NCBI GenBank assembly: GCA_030141605.1
Contig: JAQGDQ010000009.1
Span: 124,001-188,000 of the forward strand
From: Tubiluchus corallicola
Lineage: Eukaryota; Animalia; Priapulida
Direction of reading: 5' to 3'
DNA length: 64,000 bases
Shown: positions 52,801-63,333 of the stretch, piece by piece
Layout of the letters: every line of letters starts with the position of its first letter
How positions within the stretch are numbered: the stretch's first letter is position 1
The notes under the pieces: model-generated
What the model was told of the DNA's origin: nothing
The model's input: the letters and a program-made list of their open reading frames with translations, nothing else
Database searches by the model: none
Position numbers and translations under genes: made by a program

Positions 52801-55800
52801 AAAAACCTAAGCATTAAAAGCTTTCACTATCCAACTGAAACAATGCATTGCATGGAACAGCACAGCACTGTACACGCCACATTAGTATTCATTAGATTGT
52901 ATCATTCGATTGAACTGTATTGTAAATTGTTGCACTATATTGCATGTCATTGCACCATGTATGTGCACAGTGCATATTGAATTGTAAATGCATGTATTTA
53001 TGTTGTATAATGTAACTTTGTTACATTGCACTGCATTTTGCAGTGTATCCAAAGTTTGCATTTTACTATGGCGTATTTAACTAACGCAAAATCACCTTAT
53101 AATAAATTCGTCCATCAAATTCTGCGTATAACAATTTTACAACAATGAATATCGGTATGCGAAACTTGCCATTGTAGGTTATGGCGATGCGTCTTACGCT
53201 GCAGAATTTCACTGTTTGTACCTGACGTGTTCTGCACACTAGTCAGTACATTACAATAGTTAATGCAACTTCTTCACTAATATAACAAGTTGCCATCACC
53301 ATACCCGATTCTCCTGCTAACTTGATAGTTCTAGTGAACAGGCTGAAATAATAATTAATACTTTGCCACGAAAAAGGCTGTCATCTAAAACTACTCAAAA
53401 CTGTATTATATTATGAGTTTTGTACTATTTTCAGGAAGCAGGCTAGCAAAATTAAGGTTGCAAGTGACTTTGTAACTAAGCTACTTGTTACTTCCCAATT
53501 AAATATAGACATTGATGAACGAGTTGTGCCTATATCAGCACTAGGAAAGGTCAAACGATGTGGCATTCTAGCTTAAAAGGTCCAAGGTTAGATAATTCAG
53601 CTAGTACAAGGCTATTAAGTTAATTGGTTTCCCGAAGAATTCTTGCAAGTCTGCGGTATTTGGCTGGAATAAAACGCTTATAAAGTTCATCTCTTTGTAA
53701 GGGCAAATACTAATTAAGGATACGATTTTCTGATTAGTCCCAATTAAAGCTTCTTAATCTAATTCATTTTGGATAATAGAATGATAACTTATTTTTGCAG
53801 TTAGTTTTCTGTATGTAGCCTATATATAATTAGTGTTATATATCACTACAGTAATAGTTAACGCTATAACTAGTACAGTGTTATTAGTTGGTCTGCATTG
53901 TGAATCTGTGCTGTAATGTGATAATGAAATTCATCTACAAATACAGAGTCGTCCAGAAAAAACATTAAATATAAATTCTTTAATAAAACAAAAATTACAT
54001 ATCAAAAAGGCATAAAAATTTAAGGGAATAACAATGAATACTTTCCCCCAGGAGAAAATTTAGTTGTAAGTTTTGTGTTTGATTTTTGTTAAACTTTTTG
54101 TAAGTTTAAAATGTGACGTTTAAAACTGTAGTTCCATAACAAAGAAATGGAAGTTTTTCTAAAATTTATTGTTTTAAATAAAAATGAAACTGAGCTTCAG
54201 ATGTTTCTTATAAATATAACTTACAAAACAATCCTGACCTAAATCTTCTAGATTTTAACATATGGGAAACTTATCTCACGGAGTGTATGGCGCAGAAAAC
54301 ACCAAAGATGCTCCTGAAACTGAAAGAAAGTTTTGCTTCAAGAATGGACTAAATTTCAACAAAGTGAGAATAATTTAGCTATTTACCAATTCCGACATAT
54401 GTCGGTTTCGCAAGGTGTTCGAAATAGAAAGTAGCACATAGAACAATTTTACTTCAAACTTATGTAAATAAAGAACTATGAAAGATTTCATTTTCATTTA
54501 AACATTAAATTTTAGAAAGGCCTCCTTTTATTTGTTATGGAAATACAATTTTAAATAACAGATTTTTAAAAAACTGAGCAGAAGTAAAATACAAAATTTG
54601 CAACTAATTTTTTCTCATGTGTATATATGCAATATATATATATATATATTGTTACTCTGTTAGATTTTTATGCCTTTTTAATTTGCACTATGTCTTATTA
54701 AAGAAATGACTTGTTTTGTTTTATTAAAGAATATTTTTTCTGGGCGATCCTGTACATTAGCGAGTAATTTACAATAAGTGTTTTTTTTACTAATGCTGTT
54801 CAGTAGGTCGATTTACATAATTAAATTTACACTATAATTATAACAAAGCCAACCAATAAGTCGCTGTATTTGTAGTTAAGATCGAACTTGATTTATATCA
54901 CCCCAATTATTATAATTATAACATAATTTTATAATTGTATAAATTAATGTTGCTAGGAAAATTAACCCAGCTTTAACACTATTTTTCTAGCCTGCCTCCT
55001 GAAAATAGTACAAAATACATAAGATAACTCAGTTTACAGTTTTGAGTAGTTTTCGATGACACCCTTTCACGTGGCAAAGTGTTAATTATTTCAACCTATT
55101 CATAAGATAACTCAGTTTACAGTTTTGAGTAGTTTTCGATGACACCCTTTCACGTGGCAAAGTGTTAATTATTTCAACCTATTCACTAAAACTATCAAAT
55201 TACTAGAATAACTGGATAGTCAAATGGTGATGGCAGCTTGTTATACTAACGAAGAAGTTGCATTAACGATTATAACGTACCCGACTAATGAGCAGGACGC
55301 ATCAGGTATAAACAGTGAAATTCAGCCTGGCAAGTTTGGCTGTAGGTAAAGAGTAATCATATAATGCGAGATGAAAATGCACAAAAACTACAGAGTATTG
55401 AAAAAACGGCTTATTATTTGTTATACTTTTAATTTTATTTTTATATTTAAATTTTTAACCCATCTTGAGTTAAGAAATTTAATTGTATATGCCACACATA
55501 GATTAACATAAACTGTTATACGTAGAATTTGATGTACATACGAACTTATTATAATTTTGCTTTCTATTATTCCAACTGTATGCAAATTAAGCTGTAGTAG
55601 TTGTAATAGACGTAGAGCCATATATTTTTTTCAGTATTCCTGTGCTTTAAATATTAATAATTCATGGTACAGATGACGTTTAACGCAACACCGATAACTA
55701 TGCTGATGAGTTTATGATTACAATAAAGTAATATAAGTAGCATTCAATGCCATGCATAATGGTTTAATAAATGGTGCAATATCATAACTTTTTAATTAGT

Positions 55801-56382
55801 TTCACAATAAAATGTTGTTAAATGCGTTACAAATAAGCATAGCAAGTGAAAGTGCTTTGACAGAGTATTTATATTTATTAAAATTCGCAATTGCATTGTA
55901 TTTGGGTTGCTTTGTGTTGGGTTGGGTTGTGTTGTGTTGTGCTACATTGCATTGTATGTATTGTATTGTATTGTATTGTATTGTATTGTATTGTATTGTA
56001 TTGTATTGTATTGTATTGTATTGTATTGTATTGTATTGTATTGTATTGTATTGTATTGTATTGTATTGTATTGTATTGTATTGTATTGTATTGTATTGTG
56101 TTGTATTGTACTGTATTGCATTGCATTGCATTGCCTTGCATTGTATTGTATCGTATTACATCATATGCTACAGTGCCCAGCACCATATTGTACTGCGGCA
56201 CCTGGTATTATGCTGTTTTTGAAATCTTCGTCAAAAATGTTAACATACCCAAAAAGCTAGAAATTTCTTAGTTTACTATTGTACACACTATTATGACTGA
56301 ATTAAGAAAAAATTGAAGTATTAAACGTACCTGATCTGACTGTTATCAAAAAAAGAACTTCGAAAAACCACATTAAATCCAT
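31750..56382 (-). CDS. NELL2: NELL1/NELL2-like secreted protein, 19 coding exons, 825 aa
   Basis: The exons below sum to 2478 nt with consistent phases. Domain order is signal peptide, TSPN/LamG, CPTC plus coiled coil, 2 vWC, 6 EGF (several Ca-binding), 3 vWC, ending GYQCC...*. This is the NELL architecture; probably co-orthologous to NELL1 and NELL2. Confidence 0.93.
31989..32228 (-). CDS. NELL2: NELL exon 18 (vWC4/5)
   Basis: [12 protein letters not shown]...CCPQCV...GSTW...PCMECQCR|gtacgt. Confidence 0.92.
32419..32923. mobile_element. Kolobok-like MITE (family B), full length
   Basis: TTAA|aggaaagggcaag ... cttggtttttcct|TTAA; reverse-complement copy at 37096-37653. Confidence 0.75.
33019..33189 (-). 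CDS. NELL2: NELL exon 17 (vWC3/4)
   Basis: [13 protein letters not shown]...CCPHC...[14 protein letters not shown]|gtaagt. Confidence 0.92.
33910..33995 (-). CDS. NELL2: NELL exon 16 (vWC3)
   Basis: [28 protein letters not shown]|gtacgt. Confidence 0.88.
34737..34847 (-). CDS. NELL2: NELL exon 15 (cbEGF6)
   Basis: [29 protein letters not shown]...CNF|gtaaac. Confidence 0.92.
35544..35684 (-). CDS. NELL2: NELL exon 14 (cbEGF5)
   Basis: DVDECN...[16 protein letters not shown]...GALCE|gtacgc. Confidence 0.92.
36004..36490. mobile_element. Kolobok-like MITE (family C)
   Basis: ttaaaggaaaacagtatgattttt ... aaaaatagtattttccccttgaa, imperfect TIRs; partial copy at 22190. Confidence 0.6.
36572..36667 (-). 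CDS. NELL2: NELL exon 13 (EGF4)
   Basis: [31 protein letters not shown]|gtatgt. Confidence 0.92.
37096..37653. mobile_element. Kolobok-like MITE (family B), inverted relative to the 32419 copy
   Basis: TTAA|aggaaaggccaag ... cttgtcccttcct|ttag; interior aligns to the reverse complement of the 32419 copy. Confidence 0.75.
37736..37786. repeat. 10-bp tandem repeat (gaacgttgat) x5 abutting the exon 12 donor
   Basis: Visible directly in the sequence. Confidence 0.9.
37789..37911 (-). CDS. NELL2: NELL exon 12 (EGF3)
   Basis: [41 protein letters not shown]|gtacgt. Confidence 0.92.
38670..38965. mobile_element. Harbinger-like MITE, diverged copy of the 9036 element
   Basis: gagtaactcgc.gaggc.gttcacactagacagtaaat...atttcttgcc.acagtaa...aaaactcgc...gctagtctgaa is shared. 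Confidence 0.7.
39025..39156 (-). CDS. NELL2: NELL exon 11 (cbEGF2)
   Basis: DVNECE...[12 protein letters not shown]...TCE|gtaagt. Confidence 0.92.
39474..39711 (-). CDS. NELL2: NELL exon 10 (vWC2 end, EGF1)
   Basis: DGLINCD...CPPLRCP...[14 protein letters not shown]...[15 protein letters not shown]|gtaaag. Confidence 0.9.
39933..40530. repeat. diverged ~300-bp tandem duplication (2 copies)
   Basis: catttctgttgcataatttgggtgt...tgccgttgtcataaccataatt...tcgaatttacaataaa.aactatagat occurs at ~39940 and ~40247. Confidence 0.88.
40643..40722 (-). CDS. NELL2: NELL exon 9 (vWC2)
   Basis: [26 protein letters not shown]|gtaagt. Confidence 0.88.
40939..41125. repeat. 26-bp minisatellite, ~7 identical copies
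   Basis: Unit caaacttattagttatgtatgtaggt. Confidence 0.95.
41280..41373 (-). CDS. NELL2: NELL exon 8 (vWC1)
   Basis: [31 protein letters not shown]|gtaagt. Confidence 0.9.
41445..41890 (-). mobile_element. dispersed repeat family A copy 3
   Basis: Reverse complement of the 21520 copy with an internal deletion. Confidence 0.65.
42145..42276 (-). CDS. NELL2: NELL exon 7 (coiled coil end, vWC1)
   Basis: [22 protein letters not shown]...[12 protein letters not shown]|gtaacg. Confidence 0.9.
42612..43095. repeat. compound pentanucleotide microsatellite (CAGTG)(CAATG)n(CAATA)n
   Basis: Visible directly in the sequence. Confidence 0.97.
43441..43523 (-). CDS. NELL2: NELL exon 6 (CPTC and coiled coil)
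   Basis: [27 protein letters not shown]|gttagt. Confidence 0.88.
43548..44035 (-). mobile_element. dispersed repeat family A copy 4
   Basis: aaaataatcagagcatt and ggaaggtgagtcagtgacgttttacc are shared with the 49436 copy. Confidence 0.72.
44423..44495 (-). CDS. NELL2: NELL exon 5
   Basis: [24 protein letters not shown]|gtaagt. Confidence 0.88.
44635..45631. repeat. ~1-kb (TATTG)n microsatellite with (TGTTG) blocks
   Basis: Visible directly; source of the CIVLY-repeat pseudo-ORFs. Confidence 0.98.
45866..46133 (-). CDS. NELL2: NELL exon 4 (LamG)
   Basis: [17 protein letters not shown]...[12 protein letters not shown]...YVDCE...FWLGQ...FK|gtgaga. Confidence 0.92.
46514..46664 (-). CDS. NELL2: NELL exon 3 (LamG)
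   Basis: DVRVLRMS...[21 protein letters not shown]...|gtaagt. Confidence 0.88.
47296..47780 (-). mobile_element. candidate solo LTR / structured GC-rich island
   Basis: Minus strand reads TGTGG...AAGAATACAACA, with CCAAT and CCGCC boxes in the 5' third and several hairpins; no perfect TSD. Confidence 0.4.
49436..49920 (-). mobile_element. dispersed repeat family A copy 5
   Basis: Collinear with the 43548 copy. Confidence 0.72.
49983..50126 (-). CDS. NELL2: NELL exon 2
   Basis: [17 protein letters not shown]...[17 protein letters not shown]|gtaagt. Confidence 0.85.
53944..54752 (+). mobile_element. internally deleted Tc1/mariner-superfamily transposon
   Basis: TA|cagagtcgtccagaaaaaa ... 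ttttttctgggcgatcctg|TA with ~250-bp imperfect TIRs; internal remnant [12 protein letters not shown] (~54230) resembles the SPDLNPLD..W transposase motif. Confidence 0.8.
55018..55185. repeat. perfect 83-bp tandem duplication
   Basis: cataagataactcag...tcaacctatt occurs at 55018 and 55101. Confidence 0.93.
55890..56160. repeat. (TATTG)n microsatellite with degenerate flanks
   Basis: Visible directly in the sequence. Confidence 0.96.
56331..56382 (-). CDS. NELL2: NELL exon 1 (signal peptide)
   Basis: [18 protein letters not shown]|gtacgt; hydrophobic leader, and phase 1 fits exon 2. Confidence 0.7.
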
Positions 56383-58249
56383 TTCTTCAGATCTGCAGAA
56401 TATTAAAAGTTTAGCGCTTTTTCCACCAAGCCTGCAAAGCCAATATTAAGGGATGTGTCGGAGAAGCACAGGTCGTCAAGACATTGTGGCACCAAACAGA
56501 AGCGTTTTAAAAAAATTGGAAGCATGTAAAACTTTCGCCTTTTTCACTAGAAATGCGCTGCTGGTAAATTAAGTCGGCAGTTTTGTTTTCTGTCTAAGCT
56601 TTATTTTACCCATGCTTTGATTTAATACAGGTAGATGACACATGGCTGGACCACGCATGTCCAGCTGTTCAGTCGTGGGATGATCTGATGACATCAGAGA
56701 ACGCGTGCCATCTAATTCCGCCAGAGCATTTATCACCCTAATTTTATCACTTTTAAAACAATTGCTCTTCACCAGGCGGGTTGGTTATATGGTCGGTTGA
56801 TCATAAATCACACTTTGGAAAATGATCTCACACTTTCGTCACTATTATGTATAAAAGCCAGCAACTGCGTCTTCGCGTAATTTTATGCGTCGCTGGCGAG
56901 AAAGCGGATCAGATGATGAATATTGTAAAATTTGTTCGCGAGATTTTCATTTTTTTAACTGAACACTTTTACTGTGGTAGACTTAATTGTATGTTTTGAA
57001 TTTCAAATTAAACTTCACAAACAACAAATTCTTCAAACTCCATAGTATTTATGCAAATGTTTGTAGCCTTTGTAAAAAGAATCGCCGAAGGACAGTTATT
57101 TATCGCTCAGTTTTTCACTTTTTAACTTCCTTCACAGAATTTTCTGCATAAGTTTTCAGTATAACTTTAGTTTAATTTAAAAATTTCTGCGTCGTAGTAA
57201 CTTCATAAATTAAATATGACAAATTAAACAGTTTTAATTAAACGCAACTTGCAAACAAAATCACCCGGGAAAAGAAAAACACAACTTTGCCGTGCTTGCA
57301 TTTGGTCACTCATGCTTTAACGAATCGCGTCATTACTGTCGTCATCATTAATAACAAAGGCGCAAAAGTAATATCCGCTCACGGCACCGGAAGTTTTCTC
57401 TTTATAGTATATGATTACGTTATTACGGTAGCTTTATACTAGCTGCTAGGCGCGCATACTCACAGTAATAAATTAAAACAATCAGCGCCTAATACATTGA
57501 GCGTATGTGTAGCAGCAGGACTTCATGACGCAGCTAATAAACTCCATGGCTTCTGTAACAGTTTGCGTCGGGCTTCTCATTATTCTAGGTCAGCTTTATT
57601 CCAGATGAAAGGTTAAAACGGCATGTTGTAGATCCTCTTTAAGGATCAAGGTCAAACGCGCCTGGAAGCCGGGTCCTCAAAGCCCAGATTTGAATTGGTG
57701 TCTAGAATTCTAGTATTCATGTCTCACAGAAGGGCACAGAGAGCATGTCTTTCAAACCCACCAAATGCGCGTCTGTTGAAGCGCCTAAGATCTCTGGCCA
57801 AATGGGTGCAAACAGTGCAATTGTTGCCAGTCTTTACAGTTTGACTGACATATAAAAATGCAAAAGCAAATAGAAGTGCTTGTTCTACTTTATTATCGTA
57901 ATTTCAATAACTTTTAAGACAGAAGAAACGATTCCTATAGAAGTCGAAAAATGAAAAACCAAAAAGCGAACGTTTCCGGTCAGATGTTTCTATACAAAAG
58001 TTCTATATGGATTGCAACTTTGCAACTTTTTATTTTGTATTCATGTATTTCAAGTTTTTGATATTATTCATTGACTTCGTAGTTAAAAGTAAATTCTTGG
58101 CTGCATTTATGGCAGACACACTGCGAAGTGTTGAAAAGTTAAATTAGTCTTAAGAAACACCAGGCCTTCAAGGAAGTTAAGCTTATTTTAGCCTTATATG
58201 CATAAACTGGTTAATAGGAAGGGTTTTTAGCTTATGATGCCTTCCTGTT

Positions 58250-59720
58250 TCAATATCCAATGTATGTGAAATGATTCGAAATTTTGCAAAAGCTATTTTA
58301 GCCATTCTTGGAATTTTCTGCGCTACCAAATAATTTTCTAACTTAAACGCTCAAGTTTAAATTTGTAGTAGTTCCTAAGGTTGTTTCCTTTATTATTTTT
58401 TGTAATAGGCCTATTAATTTTGAATCTCCAGTTTCCTGCATGAATATCTAACCTTTCCCCGATGGCCCAAACAAGTCGTTTTTTATTGGTGGTGGTTTGA
58501 TTTTCTCCAAACATGTGTAAATCCAAGATATACTAAAATTTCTTTTACAAAATCTGCTCAACTGTTGATTCTATTGTAACACTGACTAATTGATACAGAA
58601 GACGTGCTAGTGAAGATGATGGTGAGTTGATAATTCTGCAGATTATATTGATACCAGTGTGGCATTTGCCAAGTTCACCCCTTGCTGCATTCTTGCTAGA
58701 TTTATTGTTAACTCAGAAGATATAACTACAAAATTTTTTTCTAAACGTTTGGTTTCTATATTATCATAGCACCAGATACATTATTATTAGCGATTTTACG
58801 CTTAAAATCGGTGCAAAACGGTCATAGCGCATGTAGTACTTGAACAAACACATGTGCATGAACAAATGGAGGGCTATGTTTGGGGATAACTCCTTTTGAA
58901 TTAACTTAGAATTTGTAATGTTTTCAGTCCTTTCTTTCAATTCGTTAGATGCTAGTTTAAATGTTCCCGAGTTAGAAAAAATTACGCTTAAATATCTGTA
59001 CGCTTTAACAACTTTGATAGGTTTGTTTCCAAACATATAATGAATGTTAAAATATGCACATCATTCCTGTTTTAATAAATACTATTACAGTGTATTCTAG
59101 TTCTGTTAACATTTAATTCAGCTTCCATACTTCACAATAGTTTAACGCATTTGTTAAGTGAATTTTGTAAATCTGTTTCAGATTTGGAAAATATAACGAT
59201 GTCGTCGGCAAATAGCAGGCAGGTAATAAGCATTTCATTTTTTATTAAAAAGGTTCACACGTCCCGTCCAAAAATTGCCGTCCTGGCAAATCTGTAATGC
59301 AAGTCGACAAACGGCAGGGCTTAACTCGCCTCCTTACTTTAATCCAAATTTGCTTTTTAAAAGAATTTGTGACGCAATTGCACACTTCATACGAATATGA
59401 GGATTTAGCACACATATCACAGATGGTTTCTAGGGTCCCCCCCCCATCAATTCCTATTTCATACAGATTCTCATACAATGGTTTTCGCCGAATGCTATCG
59501 AAAGCTTTTTTCGGGTCCATGAAACAAGCTTAATAATTTTCCACCGTACACATTGGTTTGCTGGTCAGTTATTGCTTTGAATGCGAAAAGATGATTATTG
59601 ATGCTAAAACAACCTCTAAAGACTATTCGTGCGCGGTCACGATATAATGACAACAGTGTCTTCGATTTTAAAAGGCCTCTACAGCAATCAATTATTAGCA
59701 ATCTTTCTTAAACGATCAGT
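58250..59720 (-). mobile_element. decayed LINE RT fragment
   Basis: Minus strand gives CFMDPKKAFDSI.R, CLLFADDIVIFS (59220-59185) and V..Y.YL.V.FS..G.F motifs, broken by stops and frameshifts. Confidence 0.85.
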
Positions 59721-59734
59721 TCCACTCGAACTAT

Positions 59735-59990
59735 TGACGCCATCTTGAATTGGAAATGGCGGATTGAAAATAAAACTTCGCCAGTCAGTGCAGAATTCGC
59801 TCTACTACTTTCCCATAAAGTTTCATGACTATCTGTTAAGGAGCCTTATGGCTTTTCCAAAATGATGTTTTCATCGCCATCTTGAATGCAGAATGGCGGG
59901 AGGAAAATCAGACTTCGTCAATCCATGCGGATACGTTCTGGCATATTGCCGTAAATTTCAATGATGACTGCTGCAAATTGATGGAACCCT
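59735..59990. repeat. two diverged ~135-bp units starting cgccatcttgaat
   Basis: cgccatcttgaat...aatggcgg...gaaaat.a.acttcg occurs at ~59738 and ~59875. Confidence 0.6.
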
Positions 59991-60287
59991 TAGTTTAAAA
60001 GTCATTCTCCCAAAAGCAACATCAAGAACAACATCTAGATGAGGGTCACTCGTCCACAAACCAAAGGCACAATTCCAATCGAATGAACAAAACAGCAGCT
60101 TTTTTAACCAGTGGGCATTCAAAATTATAAGTTTTAAAAAAGGTTCACTTGCAAAACCAATGAAACTTGAAAAAATAAAATGGTTTCCCTACTGAATTTA
60201 AACGTGTGTCTTTGTGCATTTGTAAGAACAATGCAAAAAAATATTCGGAAAATAAAAAACCAAAGACAACGTCAATCGTTAACAAAA

Positions 60288-60293
60288 TTTATT
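60288..60293 (-). promoter_or_regulatory. candidate polyadenylation signal of the phosphatase gene
   Basis: AATAAA on the minus strand followed by T/G-rich sequence; would imply a ~2.1-kb 3' UTR. Confidence 0.45.
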
Positions 60294-62407
60294 GTTTAAT
60301 ATCTTTTTCAAAATATGTTAACACTCACGTTACAGATAACAATGCAATAATGTTATATAAAATGTTAAAATGACTACCAGAGGTTATGGAGTGGCTAATG
60401 TCAAACATCTCAGCAAATAATTTAGACTATCCAGTTTATAATAATTTCATATCCTCCAAAACTTTACGCAAACACAGATTAAAAATTCACAGAACCGTGT
60501 GCTAAATAATAGGTTAGAAAACAAAAACACAGCATGTAAATTAAATAAATTTCCGTTATATTTAGACTAAAAAACCTCTTTTTATGCAAACTCAAAAGTG
60601 GCAATTACAAAATGCTGAGAAAGAAACATTCATTGTTAAAAAGTTACTCTCTGCCATAATATAGTTCAAAAGATAACAAACGTTTTCATGTGACGGTCCC
60701 TGAGCATAGTTTATCTAATTTGGCCCCTATCTATTTAACAGTACCAAATAATGAAATGAAATTATCCTATAAAATCTCGATAAATATTAATTAACGGATA
60801 TTCATAAACTCGTGTAAATAAGTATATAACTTGAGTTCCCATTTTATGGTTTACAAATGAGTAATCAAATAGCAGAAGTGAAGGCCACAGAAAACGGCCA
60901 TAACAACCTGTTTGCGTAATAATCTTACAAAAATAAATCACAATTAAACAAAGTTTAGTAAGTAAGCTACTTCACAACATAACTAAATTCGCTTCACATA
61001 AATAAATGTAGCTAACAAAAAAGTTACACAATAAAAAATAACGTTAAAACAATTGAGTGTTGCATAACTGTTAAAACACAACAATAATCTCTCAGAACAT
61101 AAGTTAATCAATGTAGATTGGTTTCATAGATTGAAGCACAATTAGCGTTTTGAAACAATATTAAAACATAGAATAAAGCGCAAATATACACAATATCAAT
61201 TCACACATATAGTACAAAATATATATATATATATACTAAAAATGAGTCAAAGCTTAACTGCCTATAACATGTGAATGTTGGTCATGATTTCTAGTTTCTA
61301 CTAATAAAACATTCGTCAATACAGTGAAATATTTTAATCGTGATCACGGAATGTTTAGGCAATATGTACAAAGCAACTGATGTAAACTAGTCGTTCTTGA
61401 TGAAATGTAAATCATTTTAACAGAAGCTATGCAATATTGCTGGTCATGGTTAAAGCTTTTAATACAGCACATACTGTCAGATATCCAAAACTACTATTAA
61501 AATCTGTCATGAATGTTTTCTTTAAATAAAAGGCACATTTCCATGATGTGGTTCAAAATCTCATATTTTGGCAATCATGATTTACAAAAACTGTCTCAAA
61601 ATATAAAAAATAACTAGTATTTCATATTATTTGAAAAATATAAAAACTGTACATATGGGTCCACACTTGTCAGTTCTAGTAATATGATGACTCCAGTAAT
61701 ATAATGACACAAAAATTTTCAAAAAAGCAGAAAGGCTGCAACATAATATTTGCTTTCATAATGATAAAATGTGTTGTAGAGTATTGTGCTAATTCATTTC
61801 AGTTTATTTTAAAAATACGCGCAACATTACATTTAAGTCATGGCTTTGCTAATTGTGTTTTAAAAGTTACATGATTTCTGAAGCTCCTAACAAAAAAACG
61901 AAATCTGTTTTTCCATCACATCTCGTAGCTACAACATCCTAACACATGACATTTTAAATAGAATTCAATTCTCCAAATTTTAAACATTTGAGGTTATTCT
62001 TCCAGACACAATGGCATTAGCTTATGAACAATTACAATAAAAATTTAGTAGAATGCAAAACAATGTGTTTGCCACACACTAGTAACTATGAAGTTCCATT
62101 ATTTAAAGGTAAAATCATTCCAGATGCTATACCTCTTCAATTAAGAAAATATACAGTAAATTTGTGCTTGTGTTTAAAAAACTTTATGAAAACTCATTCC
62201 CACATTACAAAAATTATGCACACAGTGTCACCGTTTTGTGCCTTGATTTAAAATACAATGGCTTCATGATTAAAAATAAACTTTTTGTTATAGTGCCTCC
62301 TAATGGTACAATAACATTCAGAGTAAGTAACAGTAACATAAACTGTACAAATATCACCGTAAACTGGACGTTGAAAAACAGGAAGCGGTTTCTGGAAAAC
62401 CGTTGTG

Positions 62408-62439
62408 CTACAAACCTGACTCGACAATTCCCTCGTCAT
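62408..62439 (-). CDS. Ptp10D: PTP terminal coding exon
   Basis: ttttcag|AT GAC GAG GGA ATT GTC GAG TCA GGT TTG TAG. Confidence 0.85.
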
Positions 62440-63333
62440 CTGAAAAAAGCGGTAAACAATAATCATTGTTGTGCTAGAGGGGGCACTGAGATAAACAACT
62501 GATAAAATAAATTGTAAGTAATGATTAGATAAGAACTAATTGAGATTAGGGTTATTTGGCTGCTGAACTACTAGTGTACACTGACTGTTTTGATAATATA
62601 AAACAACAGTATTACAGTAAAAGACAATGACGGTAGTACAGATATTAAACTACCGAACTGTTAATGTCGGTTATAATTGCTAGTGAAGCATAACACAATA
62701 TTTAATACTATTCAAAAATTCCCCCCCCCCTGCTAACTAAATAGATTGTTGCAAGTTATAATATACTGCTAAGTTAATTTAAAGTATACTTGACGGCCTA
62801 ATGCAGCAACCATCAATATGATTCGTTCAATTTCATCAGAAGGTTTGTAAGCAGTTAAAATGTGTTCTGATCTGTATAAACACAAGATAAACTGCTACTC
62901 TGAGTTCTAAACATCACCCAACAATTATGCCTAAAAAAAGCAAATATCACAAACTTACCGTCGAATGCTGGATTTTCATTGCCCATAAACTCGTCATGAT
63001 CGGGAAGATCATCCTCCTTGCCTTCCAAGACTGTCTTTAGACAATTGTGAATACATATGTATTGTTGCTAAAAATAAAAACAAAATTCACTTTGGGAACT
63101 TATAGTCATCCATTTTCAACCAGCCTAAACTTCAGGCAAAATTAAAGGCGGGGATATATGTGAGTTTTTATTGATTAACACAAAGTTGCTACATTACCTC
63201 AGTCTGCACCATCCAGACTCTCATTTTTCTCATCTCGTAGACAAGGCCGAATATGTCCACCATGTCCGTCTCCTTGATTTGTTGTAGTAATATGTCAAGA
63301 ACGATAAATGTCCCAGATCGGCCAACCCCGGCA
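62408..63333 (-). CDS. Ptp10D: receptor protein tyrosine phosphatase, R3 subtype (Ptp10D / PTPRB-J-O-like), 3' part; exons 63198..63333, 62959..63067, 62408..62439
   Basis: (S)[19 protein letters not shown]...[21 protein letters not shown]|[18 protein letters not shown]...NENPAFD|[10 protein letters not shown]. Contains the P-loop and Q-loop, no second PTP domain, and a tail resembling the remembered Ptp10D DDEGIAESGM. Confidence 0.88.
62959..63067 (-). CDS. Ptp10D: PTP exon
   Basis: tttag|[20 protein letters not shown]...PAFD|gtaagt. Confidence 0.9.
63198..63333 (-). CDS. Ptp10D: PTP exon (P-loop to Q-loop)
   Basis: ttttccag|T GCC GGG GTT GGC CGA ... CAG ACT GAG|gtaatg. Confidence 0.93.

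Larger units (their letters stand above)
53200..55326. mobile_element. foldback-type element with ~250-bp diverged inverted arms
   Basis: 53203 gaatttcactgttt...ttaatgcaacttcttc...gccatcacca...ctttgccacg...aaaactactcaaaactgta...ttttgtactattttcagga.gcaggctag is mirrored at 54985-55325. Confidence 0.75.
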
